Part shown: piece by piece, positions 38,819 to 47,804 of the stretch | Position numbering within the stretch: the first letter of the stretch is position 1 | How the letters are laid out: the number at the start of each line of letters is the position of its first letter | NCBI GenBank assembly: GCA_017621975.1 | Contig: JAGARW010000051.1 | Span: 17 to 64,016, forward strand | From: Lachnospiraceae bacterium | GTDB lineage: Bacteria; Bacillota; Clostridia; Lachnospirales; Lachnospiraceae | Length of the DNA: 64,000 nucleotides | Reading direction: 5' to 3' | The notes under the pieces: generated by a model | What the model saw: only the letters and a program-made list of their open reading frames with translations | What the model was told of the DNA's origin: nothing | The model's database searches: none | Made by a program: the position numbers and the translations under genes

Positions 38819-41362
38819 CTACAGCCACTCGTCCCAAAACCGTTCGATCCGCCTGCTGATACCGTTTCCATCAACCCACTCGCAGCTCTCCCATTCCCGT
38901 GGAAACAGGCGGCGGTAGGACGGACTGTGAAACCGTTCGTCAAGCAGCACAACGATCCCAACGTCCTGCGCCGTCCTGATCACTCTGCCCGCCGCCTGCA
39001 GTACTTTATTCATGCCCGGATAACGGTAAGCAAAATCGAAGCCGTTGGCTTTGGCAAGACCGTTTGTCCCGATCTCCGCGGTGTCCTGAGAAAGACCGGA
39101 AGCGGTGCTTTCCGCCGCTTCCTGCCTGTATTCCCCGTCAAAATACCGTTTCAGGATTTCCCGCTCTGCGCAGACCTGCGGAATACCGGTTCCTACAATG
39201 ATCGCGCCGATCAGGCTGTCGTTTTTGAGGTCAATGCCTTCTCCGAAGACGCCGCCCATCACGCAGAAACCGAGCAGGCTCTTTTCTTCCTCGATCTCCA
39301 CCTCCATATGAATCACATCCGAGAAATCGCATTCCACATTCACGGAAAAACGTCCGAGAAATTCCTCTTTTGCACGCTCGTTCATATGTCCTTCCTGGAC
39401 AATGCATTCCTGCGTTTTATCCTGAAATTCCGCTATGTAAATCTCATAAACATGCTGCAAAAAGCTGTAAGACGGAAAAAAGACCATATAGTTGCCATAG
39501 CGGTTTTTGACCGTCTCATAAATATAACGCGCAATGCGTCTGTATTCCTCCTCGCCGCGGCGCGTATAGCGCGTCGTCACATCACCGGCGGCAAACAGCC
39601 CGCAGCGCCGTCTGTCAAATACCGATTCGGCATACACCTCATAGTCCTCCGGCTCGCCGCCCAGAAGCCTTTTATAGTATTGAATCGGCAAAAGCGTTGC
39701 GGAAAACAGGATCGTACTTTTTCCCCGGTTCATGCATTCCCGCAGATTAAGCGCGGGATTCACGCAAAACAGCCGGATGAGAAAGCGTCCGTCATCTTCC
39801 ATCTTTGTATAGGAAACGTAATGATCATCCATCAGCTCATACATTTCCAGAAAATGAGAGACCGCAAAGTAAAACTCCAGAATATCGCCCCGTATGCCAG
39901 CCGGATCATGCTCCTTGTGCGCTTCTAAAAAATCATTCAGCGAGCCGTGCAGTCTCGTAAGCGCCATGACAAACGGTGCGATCATCTCTACGACCCGATA
40001 AGTTTCGCATTCCCGCTTCAGCGTCAAAAGCTCTTTGTTGCACTGATCCAGATAACGGGCAATTTTTGCATCAACCGCCTTCACCTTACGCTTCAGCTCC
40101 AAAAAATCTTCTTTCCAAAGAGAAGCGCTGTACATTTCCCTGCCCCGCTCTACCAAATTGTGCGCCTCGTCGATCAAAAACAAATAATCGCCCGATGCGT
40201 TCCCTCCAAAAAACCGCCTTAAATATACATGCGGGTCAAACACATAATTATAATCACAAATAATACCGTCGCAGAACAGACTAATGTCAAGACCCATCTC
40301 AAACGGACAGACACGGTACTTCCGGGCATATTCCTCGATGACCTCCCGCGAATAGTTGACTTCATGAGTCAAAATGTCGTATAACGCCTCGTTGATCCGG
40401 TCGAAATGTCCGTCCGCATAAGCGCATGCCTGCGGATTACAGTCCGTTTCCTCCAGAAAGCATATCTTGTCCCTCGCAGAGAGCAGCACGGTCTTAAATG
40501 CCAATCCCCTTTCTCTTAACAGCGAAAAAGTCTCCTGCGCAACCGCGCGGGTAACCGTCTTTGCCGTCAGATAAAATATCCTGTCCGCTTTGCCTTCGCC
40601 AAGCGCCTTCACTGCGGGAAACACTGTCGAAATCGTTTTACCGACGCCGGTCGGCGCTTCCAGAAACAGCTTGCGCTTATGACAGATCGTCTGGTATACA
40701 TAAGACGCCAATTCTTTCTGTCCTTTCCGGTAAGGAAACGGAAACGCAAGCGCACGGATCGACTGCTGTCTTTTTTCTTTCCAGTCAAATTCAAGATCAG
40801 CCCACTTCCGGTATTGTTCCAACAGTTCATGAAACCACCGTTCCAGCTCTTCGAATGTATATTCGTCATAAAAATACCGTATTTCCTCAGTATCCATATT
40901 GCAGTATGTAAGACGCGCTTTCATACGCTGCTGAGGCTGCCAAAGCGCGGGAACATCGCATGCTAAGCTCTGCCCCGTCATTTTCTCTTCTGCTGCCCGC
41001 TGCCGCATTGCATACATATAGGCATAGCACTTTGCCTGCGCCAGATGCACAGGAATTGCAGCCTCGATCTTAGCCACATCCCGATAGGTCGCCTTGATCT
41101 CGTCGATCGTGAAGCCGCCTGACTCCGTAATGACGCCGTCGGCCCTTCCTTCTATTATAATGTCGTACCGATCCGTATGATAGGTATAACGCAGCGTTAC
41201 CTCCGCCTGATAATCGGAACCCATCCGCCTCTGGATCATCCGGTGAATACGGCCGCCCTCTGCCATAGCATCGTCGGAAGAAGCCGCATGACGATTATCA
41301 ATACTGCCGCTCCGCATAAGAAATTCCACCAAATTCCGAACCGAGGTTTTTAGCTGCATCAT
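38819..41362 (-). CDS. DinG/XPD-family Fe-S helicase with N-terminal PD-(D/E)XK nuclease domain
   Basis: EGRADG...DEIK...HLAQ nuclease motifs; APTGVGKT, DEAH and QAAGRVIR helicase motifs; Cys cluster. Confidence 0.92.
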   Translation of the reverse strand: MMQLKTSVRNLVEFLMRSGSIDNRHAASSDDAMAEGGRIHRMIQRRMGSDYQAEVTLRYTYHTDRYDIIIEGRADGVITESGGFTIDEIKATYRDVAKIEAAIPVHLAQAKCYAYMYAMRQRAAEEKMTGQSLACDVPALWQPQQRMKARLTYCNMDTEEIRYFYDEYTFEELERWFHELLEQYRKWADLEFDWKEKRQQSIRALAFPFPYRKGQKELASYVYQTICHKRKLFLEAPTGVGKTISTVFPAVKALGEGKADRIFYLTAKTVTRAVAQETFSLLRERGLAFKTVLLSARDKICFLEETDCNPQACAYADGHFDRINEALYDILTHEVNYSREVIEEYARKYRVCPFEMGLDISLFCDGIICDYNYVFDPHVYLRRFFGGNASGDYLFLIDEAHNLVERGREMYSASLWKEDFLELKRKVKAVDAKIARYLDQCNKELLTLKRECETYRVVEMIAPFVMALTRLHGSLNDFLEAHKEHDPAGIRGDILEFYFAVSHFLEMYELMDDHYVSYTKMEDDGRFLIRLFCVNPALNLRECMNRGKSTILFSATLLPIQYYKRLLGGEPEDYEVYAESVFDRRRCGLFAAGDVTTRYTRRGEEEYRRIARYIYETVKNRYGNYMVFFPSYSFLQHVYEIYIAEFQDKTQECIVQEGHMNERAKEEFLGRFSVNVECDFSDVIHMEVEIEEEKSLLGFCVMGGVFGEGIDLKNDSLIGAIIVGTGIPQVCAEREILKRYFDGEYRQEAAESTASGLSQDTAEIGTNGLAKANGFDFAYRYPGMNKVLQAAGRVIRTAQDVGIVVLLDERFHSPSYRRLFPREWESCEWVDGNGISRRIERFWDEWL

Positions 41363-41436
41363 TACTCCTTCTCCGGTTTGACTTTACAGAAAAGCCAACC
41401 GCCCTTCCCCTTTAAAGCAAGGAAAGTTTAAAACAA

Positions 41437-41480
41437 AAACTCCCCTGCAGATAGTCTACCCTATCCGGCAGGGGGGAGTC
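41437..41480 (-). terminator. Intrinsic terminator after the HPr-like gene
   Basis: GC-rich hairpin (CCCCTGC...GCAGGGG) followed by a T-run on the minus strand. Confidence 0.65.
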
Positions 41481-41503
41481 AATTTACCGATTCCTTTTTC
41501 TCA

Positions 41504-41734
41504 TTAGCAAGCTACCGCGAGACCTTTCAGAACTTCCTCAAAAGCAGAATCATAGCCGTCGTAGCTGACTGTCAGTATCTTCGTCAGATCCAGCCCGTAT
41601 ACGCCTAAGATGGATTTCGCGTCTACCACGTAGCGATTGTAAAAAATGTCAATGTCAAAATTACATCTGGACGCCGCTTCAACAAAATCCTTCACTTCAT
41701 TCAGTCTCAGTTTAATGTTCCTCTGCATTTTCAT
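41504..41734 (-). CDS. HPr-like protein lacking the catalytic His
   Basis: VDAKSILG (Ser46 motif) is present; the HARP motif is absent. Confidence 0.85.
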   Translation of the reverse strand: MKMQRNIKLRLNEVKDFVEAASRCNFDIDIFYNRYVVDAKSILGVYGLDLTKILTVSYDGYDSAFEEVLKGLAVAC

Positions 41735-41880
41735 TGTCATCATTCCTTTCAACTCAAAACACTTCGAAACCCCATATATATGGCTCTGCGCCATTGTAAA
41801 TACAACAAAATACCTTGCTTATTGTTGTATTATGCACATTTATTTCCAAAAGTAAAGTTTTTTATTCAAAACAATTTCCT

Positions 41881-42651
41881 TCATTTTCCATCAAACTCAG
41901 TCATATACGGTCTGAAACGCAGCGGCAGCATCCCCCTCTGCAGCGTTTTGTTCTCTCTCGCTTCTACCGATATCTTATGACAAAAATGCCGAAACAGTTC
42001 CTGACACACCGCCTCCTCGTCGCTCTCCCTGACAGCTTCCCGGTCAAAATCAGGATTCTGCACAAGAAACCATCTCTTTCCCGCTTCGTGCACGGCAAAC
42101 AGCCCTCTGCCGCAATCGCAAATCACAAAATGCTCCCTCGGCAGCCTGTCGGAAAAATGCTCCGCCAGATAAGCCGTTACATTGTTTTTCGGTGAAATCT
42201 CGGAAAAAAGAATCCCATTCTGCAATTCCCGGAACCTAAGAAATCCAAACAAGTGATGCATTTCATGCCAGACGCTGCATTTTAACTTCTGTACCGTTTG
42301 GACGTCTGCATCCGCATAGCGCAGCAGTACGCTTTCCGGTTTTTGAAGCCGAAGCCCTTTTGCGATGGTACGGTAAACGGCCGTAGCCTTCTCTTCCTCC
42401 GCGGAAGCAAGCGCCTGACAGATCGTGTAACATCCCTCCTCACCAAAACGGCGGCGGAGCGTACGCAGAACCTTTGCGCTTTTTTCTGTATCCGTCTCAA
42501 CATACTCATAAACGGCAAACAGGCGCAGATTGCCTTCCTCAGAAACCTGTATTCCGGTCTTTTCCGGGCTGTAGCGCTTTTCATAAGCGGTATAAACGGC
42601 AGTCAGAACCCCTTCCAGACTGTCCTCGCAGATCAGGATATTTTCTTCCAT
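41881..42651 (-). CDS. TIGR03915 / DUF4130 putative DNA repair protein
   Basis: SLEGVLTAVY, HEMHHLFGFLRF and HFSDR motifs; coupled to the radical SAM gene. Confidence 0.9.
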   Translation of the reverse strand: MEENILICEDSLEGVLTAVYTAYEKRYSPEKTGIQVSEEGNLRLFAVYEYVETDTEKSAKVLRTLRRRFGEEGCYTICQALASAEEEKATAVYRTIAKGLRLQKPESVLLRYADADVQTVQKLKCSVWHEMHHLFGFLRFRELQNGILFSEISPKNNVTAYLAEHFSDRLPREHFVICDCGRGLFAVHEAGKRWFLVQNPDFDREAVRESDEEAVCQELFRHFCHKISVEARENKTLQRGMLPLRFRPYMTEFDGK

Positions 42652-43976
42652 GACGCCTCCTCTTTTTCCTGCGGCGGTGAAAAATGCAGATCATCGAATA
42701 AAGATAACTGCTTATAAGTGATCTGCCCTTTGTCAAACGGCAGCCGCTGCTTCTCATAGAGCAGATTCCGCGTAATATAATCCTCTTCCAGTCTGACCGG
42801 ATACATCTGCCTGCCGCTGCATGTAATAAAATAGAGCGCCCGCTTTAAAACAACGCCGATCTTCTTCAGATCCTCAAACGTAAGGCGCGCCGTTCTCCTT
42901 GCCTGCACGATACGCAGCGCGCTCTTTACCCCGATGCCCGGCACACGCAGCAGCAGCTGATAATCCGCATTCTGCACATCGACCGGAAACTGTTCCAGAT
43001 GCGCGAGCGCCCAGTCGCATTTCGGATCAAGCAGAATATTGAAATTCGGCTTTTTTTCACTCAAAAGCTCGTCCGCCGAAAACCCATAATAACGCAGCAG
43101 CCAATCCGCCTGATACAGTCTGTGCTCCCTAAGAAGCGGCGGTCCTCCGATGAGCGCAGGCAGCTCCTTATCGTCATTGACACGCACAAACGCGGAGTAA
43201 AAAACTCTCTTTAATTCGAATTTCCGATAAAGGCTCTCCGCTACCGAAAGAATCTGATAATCGCTCTCCGGCGTAGCCCCGATAATCATCTGAGTGGACT
43301 GACCTGCCGGTACAAAACGCGGCGCGTGCCGGTATACGGTCAGTTCGTTCTGATTGGCGGTAATACCGTTTTGAATCTGACGCATCGGAGACAAAATATT
43401 TTTGCGGTGCTTATTCGGCGCAAGCGTCCGAAGACCCTCGGCTGTCGGCAGCTCCAGATTAACGCTCATACGGTCTGCCAGAAGTCCTGTCCTCTGAATC
43501 AAAAGCGGATCTGCTCCCGGTATCGCCTTTACATGGATATAACCTCTGAAATGATACTGCGTCCGCAGCAGATACAGCGTACGGTACAGCAGCTCCATCG
43601 TCATATCGGGGCTGCCGATGATACCCGAACTTAAAAACAGTCCCTCGATATAATTGCGTCTGTAAAAGCTGATCGTCAGCTCGCAAATCTCCTCCGGCGT
43701 AAATGCTGCTCTCGGAACATCGTTGGAACGACGGTTCAGACAATATTTACAGTCGAAAATGCATTCGTTTGTCAAAAGTATCTTTAAAAGAGAAATACAT
43801 CTGCCGTCCGCACTGAAGCTGTGACAAATGCCGGAGGCAAGCGCATTTCCCATATCCCTGCCGTTGCCGCCCCGGTCTATGCCGCTGCTCGTACACGCCA
43901 CGTCGTATTTTGCGGCATCGCTCAGAATGCCAAGCTTCTCTTTGATACTCATGGTTTCCCGGCTGAGATATTCCAT
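42633..43976 (-). CDS. Putative DNA modification/repair radical SAM protein (TIGR03916) with HhH motif
   Basis: AKYDVACTSSG, CIFDCKYC (CxxxCxxC), REHRLYQADWL and RVPGIG motifs. Confidence 0.94.
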   Translation of the reverse strand: MEYLSRETMSIKEKLGILSDAAKYDVACTSSGIDRGGNGRDMGNALASGICHSFSADGRCISLLKILLTNECIFDCKYCLNRRSNDVPRAAFTPEEICELTISFYRRNYIEGLFLSSGIIGSPDMTMELLYRTLYLLRTQYHFRGYIHVKAIPGADPLLIQRTGLLADRMSVNLELPTAEGLRTLAPNKHRKNILSPMRQIQNGITANQNELTVYRHAPRFVPAGQSTQMIIGATPESDYQILSVAESLYRKFELKRVFYSAFVRVNDDKELPALIGGPPLLREHRLYQADWLLRYYGFSADELLSEKKPNFNILLDPKCDWALAHLEQFPVDVQNADYQLLLRVPGIGVKSALRIVQARRTARLTFEDLKKIGVVLKRALYFITCSGRQMYPVRLEEDYITRNLLYEKQRLPFDKGQITYKQLSLFDDLHFSPPQEKEEASWKKIS

Positions 43977-44030
43977 ATCCGCGCTCCTTTCTCCTTCTTT
44001 GTTTTCCTATCATATCACGCTCTCCGTCTT

Positions 44031-44058
44031 CGAACAAGTGTTTTCGAACATATTTTCT
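44031..44058. promoter_or_regulatory. Tandem LexA (SOS)-like boxes
   Basis: CGAACAAGTGTTTT and CGAACATATTTTCT resemble CGAAC-N4-GTTCG and overlap a plausible -35 of the radical SAM gene. Confidence 0.7.
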
Positions 44059-44227
44059 ATTTTCGTCATTTTGTACAATTTGACCAGACATCGTAAAAAT
44101 AAAACCTTTTGACATCCGAATCATATTCGTAATCTTCTTGCATTTCTTCCCAAAAAGCGTTTAAATAGAAATGGACGCCCGCCGCCCCACGATCGGCGGG
44201 AACAGAAAGAAAGGGTATGAATGCTTT

Positions 44228-45238
44228 ATGAAACAATGTATTATTCCTGATGGTTATCAGTCTGCTTTGAACTTGCACGAAACGCAGATCGGGATCAAGA
44301 CAGTCAAGGATTTTTTTCAGAATCTGCTTGCAGAGCGTCTGAATCTCCTCCGCGTATCGGCTCCGTTATTTGTCGATCCGGCGTCCGGATTGAACGACAA
44401 TTTGAACGGCATCGAACGTCCGGTATCGTTCGGTATTAAGGAACAGAACGACGCGCCTGCGGAGATCGTACAGTCTCTTGCGAAATGGAAGCGTTATGCG
44501 CTCCAGAAATACGGCTTCCGGCTCGGAGAAGGGCTCTACACTGATATGAGCGCCATCCGCCGTGATGAAGAAACCGACAACATCCATTCCATCTATGTCG
44601 ATCAGTGGGACTGGGAAAAAATCATTTCCAAAGACCAGCGCAATCTCGACACGCTGAAGGACACGGTCAGAAACGTTTACAAGGTGCTCCGCAAAACCGA
44701 AAAATATATGTCGATCCAGTATGATTACATACAGGAAATTCTGCCGGAAGAAATTTTCTTTATCACAACGCAGGAGCTGGAAGATATGTTTCCCGATTAC
44801 ACGCCGAAGGAACGGGAATACTATATTACAAAAGCGAAAGGCGCCGCCTGCATCATGAAGATCGGCGATGTGATGGAATCCGGCAAACGCCATGACGGAC
44901 GCGCGCCGGACTACGACGACTGGCAGCTCAACGCAGATATTCTTGTATATTATCCGGTGCTCGACATTGCGCTGGAGCTTTCCTCTATGGGAATCCGTGT
45001 CGACGCCGATTCTCTGAGAAGCCAGCTCGAAAAAGCAGGCTGTATGGAACGCGCGCAGCTTCCCTTCCAGAAAGCGGTTCTCGAAGACAGACTGCCTTAC
45101 ACGATCGGCGGCGGAATCGGGCAATCGCGCATCTGTATGTTTTTCCTGCGCAAAGCGCATATCGGCGAGGTACAGTCCTCTCTCTGGCCGCAGGCTGCAT
45201 TAGACGAGATCAATAGAAAAGGCGTTTCTCTTTTATAA
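44228..45238 (+). CDS. asnA: Aspartate--ammonia ligase
   Basis: DNLNGIERPV, SLAKWKR, YVDQWDWE, RAPDYDDW and IGGGIGQSR motifs. Confidence 0.97.
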   Translation: MKQCIIPDGYQSALNLHETQIGIKTVKDFFQNLLAERLNLLRVSAPLFVDPASGLNDNLNGIERPVSFGIKEQNDAPAEIVQSLAKWKRYALQKYGFRLGEGLYTDMSAIRRDEETDNIHSIYVDQWDWEKIISKDQRNLDTLKDTVRNVYKVLRKTEKYMSIQYDYIQEILPEEIFFITTQELEDMFPDYTPKEREYYITKAKGAACIMKIGDVMESGKRHDGRAPDYDDWQLNADILVYYPVLDIALELSSMGIRVDADSLRSQLEKAGCMERAQLPFQKAVLEDRLPYTIGGGIGQSRICMFFLRKAHIGEVQSSLWPQAALDEINRKGVSLL

Positions 45239-45280
45239 TTTTTACCGATACATTTTTATTGTAAAACAGGAGGCGGCGGC

Positions 45281-46552
45281 ATGAGCCTTGTTACCGATTA
45301 TTTTCTGCAATATGTGAAAATCCATACGGCCTCTTCGGAAGACGCGCGGCGGTTTCCGAGCACGGACGGCCAGCTCGCTCTCGCCCGGCTCCTTGCGCAG
45401 CAGCTTGAAGCGCTTCCCGGCGTCAGCGTCGATTTTGACGAAACCTACGGCTATGTTTACGCAAAGCTGCCGTCCAATCTTCGCGGCAAAGCAAACGGAG
45501 AAAATCCTGATGATTCGCATAGCGAACCGGACTTATCGCACGGCGGGATCGGGCTGATCGCCCACATGGATACTTCTCCCGACGCTCCCGGCGAACATGT
45601 CTCGCCCCGTATTGTCCATGCCTATGACGGCGGCGATATTATTTTAAACGACGCGCGGCATATTGTGATGCGGCAAAGCGACTTTCCAGAACTTGCTGAC
45701 TACATCGGTCATGATCTGATCGTGACCGACGGCACGACGCTGCTCGGCGCGGATGACAAGGCCGGCGTTGCCGAGATCATGACGCTTATGTCAACTCTCG
45801 CGTCACACCCCGAAATCAGTCATGGAAACATCTCTGTCGCTTTCACGCCAGACGAAGAAATCGGCTGCGGCACAGATTATTTCGACGTAAAACGCTTTGG
45901 CGCGTCCTTTGCCTATACGGTAGACGGCGGCGCGCTCGGCGAACTCGAATATGAAAATTTCAACGCCGCTTCCGCCGTTCTGACCGTACGGGGCCGGAAC
46001 GTCCATCCGGGCGACGCCAAAAACAAAATGCGCAACGCCCTTCTACTCGCCTATGAATTTCATGCGCTTCTGCCTGCCGCAGAAAATCCCGCATACACGG
46101 AAGGCTATGAGGGCTTTTACCATCCTCATCATATCGAAGGAGACGTGGAAAAAGCCGTTCTGCAATACCTGATCCGCGATCATGACAGGCGCAGATTTGA
46201 AGAAAGAAAAGAACGTCTGCAAAAAAACGCCGCATTTCTGAATGAGAAATACGGCGAAGCTGTCTTTACTGTGGAAATCACAGATTCCTACTATAACATG
46301 AAAGAGCAGATCGAACCGCACATGCATCTGATCGAACATGCGGTAGGCGCAATGAAGGAACTCGGCATCACGCCCCATATCCGCCCGATCCGCGGCGGCA
46401 CGGACGGCGCGCGGCTCTCTTATATGGGGCTTCCCTGCCCCAACCTCGGTACGGGCGGCCACAACTTTCACAGCCGCTACGAATACGTCAGCATTCAGTC
46501 AATGGAAAAGACCGTAGAGCTGCTTCTTAAGATCGTCGGCTCTTATGCGTAA
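45281..46552 (+). CDS. pepT: Peptidase T
   Basis: AHMDT, LLGADDKAG, FTPDEEIG and IRGGTDG motifs. Confidence 0.96.
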   Translation: MSLVTDYFLQYVKIHTASSEDARRFPSTDGQLALARLLAQQLEALPGVSVDFDETYGYVYAKLPSNLRGKANGENPDDSHSEPDLSHGGIGLIAHMDTSPDAPGEHVSPRIVHAYDGGDIILNDARHIVMRQSDFPELADYIGHDLIVTDGTTLLGADDKAGVAEIMTLMSTLASHPEISHGNISVAFTPDEEIGCGTDYFDVKRFGASFAYTVDGGALGELEYENFNAASAVLTVRGRNVHPGDAKNKMRNALLLAYEFHALLPAAENPAYTEGYEGFYHPHHIEGDVEKAVLQYLIRDHDRRRFEERKERLQKNAAFLNEKYGEAVFTVEITDSYYNMKEQIEPHMHLIEHAVGAMKELGITPHIRPIRGGTDGARLSYMGLPCPNLGTGGHNFHSRYEYVSIQSMEKTVELLLKIVGSYA

Positions 46553-46636
46553 AATCCTCTTTATGATTTTAATACAGAATGGTTTTGGTTGCTTTTCAGC
46601 GCGGTTTATGCTATAGTAAGAAACAGATACAGTGAT

Positions 46637-46707
46637 GCAGATATAGTTCATCGGTAGAACATCAGCTTCCCAAGCTGAGGAGGCGGGTTCGATTCCCGTT
46701 ATCTGCT
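46637..46707 (+). tRNA. tRNA-Gly (anticodon CCC)
   Basis: Acceptor stem GCAGATA/TATCTGC, anticodon arm TCAGC-TTCCCAA-GCTGA, T-loop TTCGATT. CCA is not encoded. Confidence 0.96.
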
Positions 46708-46731
46708 TAATTAAAAAAGTGCCAAAATACA

Positions 46732-46770
46732 AGGAATGCCGTAAAACCACCTGTTTTACGGCATTTTCTT
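46732..46770 (+). terminator. Terminator after the tRNA
   Basis: AATGCCGTAAAAC...GTTTTACGGCATT followed by TTCTT. Confidence 0.75.
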
Positions 46771-46829
46771 GTTATCGTATAAAATAATTAATTACTAATT
46801 TTTGTAATGTAATATCGTAAAAAAGGGTA

Positions 46830-46966
46830 AAATACCACCACTTGTGCGGTGGATATTATAAGCAAAGAACTATCTGGCAGGCGTCGCCTCTCCTGCATCT
46901 CTTTTAACCCATAGGGTGCGTGGTTGCAACGAAATTTACCACCTCAGATAGTTCTTCTCTTATTCT
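46830..46966 (-). ncRNA. Candidate structured ncRNA (putative RNA antitoxin) with downstream terminator-like hairpin
   Basis: 12-bp closing stem (46865-46876 with 46945-46956) encloses three hairpins with complementary loops. Own promoter at 46973-47001; hairpin plus T-run at ~46829-46857. Confidence 0.65.
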
Positions 46967-46972
46967 AATTTT

Positions 46973-47001
46973 ATTATATCCATTTTATTCCCGACTGTAA
47001 A
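46973..47001 (-). promoter_or_regulatory. Sigma-A promoter embedded in the 3' end of the nuclease gene
   Basis: TTTACA (47001-46996, within the codons for L-Y-S), 17 nt, TATAAT (46978-46973). Confidence 0.7.
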
Positions 47002-47362
47002 GAATTTCTTTATTTCTCAAATAGTTTTGCAATCTTCTTTCACTTATTTCCCAACATGAAATAATAGAATTCTTATATTTCGGATCATCTTCAGAAGTGC
47101 ATATTCTCAAAACCATTTGTATCATTCCTTCATCTGTTTCAAGTCTTTTTATTACTAACTCTGAAAATTTATGCTTATCTCTAATAATATAATCAGGATT
47201 TGAAATTGTATCGCGCATATGTCCTAATACTTTCTCATAGGATTTCGGATGCCTTTCGAAAATATGCTGCATCTGGTTATCTGTAATAATAACCTCATCA
47301 GTCCTAATATCTTCCGTTATGCATTTGTATATATCTGTATCTATATTTCCTACAGTATGCAC
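46985..47362 (-). CDS. PBECR2-like (barnase/EndoU/colicin/RelE-fold) nuclease domain protein
   Basis: VGNID...YKCITEDIRTDEVIITD...HIFERHP...PDYII...KNSIISCW pattern. AAAGGA RBS before GTG 47362; the frame is also open from 47509. Confidence 0.72.
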   Translation of the reverse strand: MHTVGNIDTDIYKCITEDIRTDEVIITDNQMQHIFERHPKSYEKVLGHMRDTISNPDYIIRDKHKFSELVIKRLETDEGMIQMVLRICTSEDDPKYKNSIISCWEISERRLQNYLRNKEILYSRE

Positions 47363-47680
47363 TTCTATATTTCCTTTATCTTCTGATATATCCATATTAT
47401 CAGATTGATGGACTTCTGCAATACTTTTCCGCGATTCAGGAACAGATACCTCAAAATTTCCCCACGCTATCATTTTCTTCAGATCAGAGATCCCGCACTC
47501 ATACCGCATACGGCTTGTTTTCTCAGAAACGCCGCAGGTCTTACAAAATGCCTTATACTCCGCTGTCTTACGCCTTATTTTTTCCTGTATTTCCGTTGTG
47601 TCCTATCAAACCCTGCATGCTTCTTTTTCCCGTTTTAAGGCTCTGACAGCGCGCTCCATAGATCGCATTTTCTGTGTCAT
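47363..47680 (-). pseudogene. Remnant of a phage minor capsid protein C-terminus, in frame with the nuclease
   Basis: MTQKMRSMERAVRALKREKEACRV**DTTEIQEKIRRKTAEYKAFCKTCG..., with tandem stops TGA TAG at 47608-47603. Confidence 0.65.
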
Positions 47681-47746
47681 GTCGGCACCCAAAATAAGAA
47701 AAGCGCTTCTGGCTTAAGGATTGCCAAGGGCGCTTTGTCTACAGTC

Positions 47747-47778
47747 TGAAAGGACAGGCTCATACCGCCTGTCCTTTC
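47747..47778. terminator. Terminator hairpin after the amino-acid symporter
   Basis: GAAAGGACAGGC...GCCTGTCCTTTC inverted repeat. Confidence 0.65.
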
Positions 47779-47804
47779 TTGATTCCATCTATTTTCTAAT
47801 TCTT

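Noticed and set aside
41504-41734. HPr-like protein without the catalytic His as a novelty
   Set aside because: Such HPr-like paralogues are common in Clostridia.
47700-47750. TTTGTCTACAGTCTG after a hairpin as a possible IS end at the islet boundary
   Set aside because: Resemblance is from memory only. There is no partner end, target duplication or transposase in the window; an ISfinder search would be needed.
46637-47800. attR duplicate of the tRNA 3' end, or an integrase
   Set aside because: I found neither, so the islet is not called an intact mobile element.
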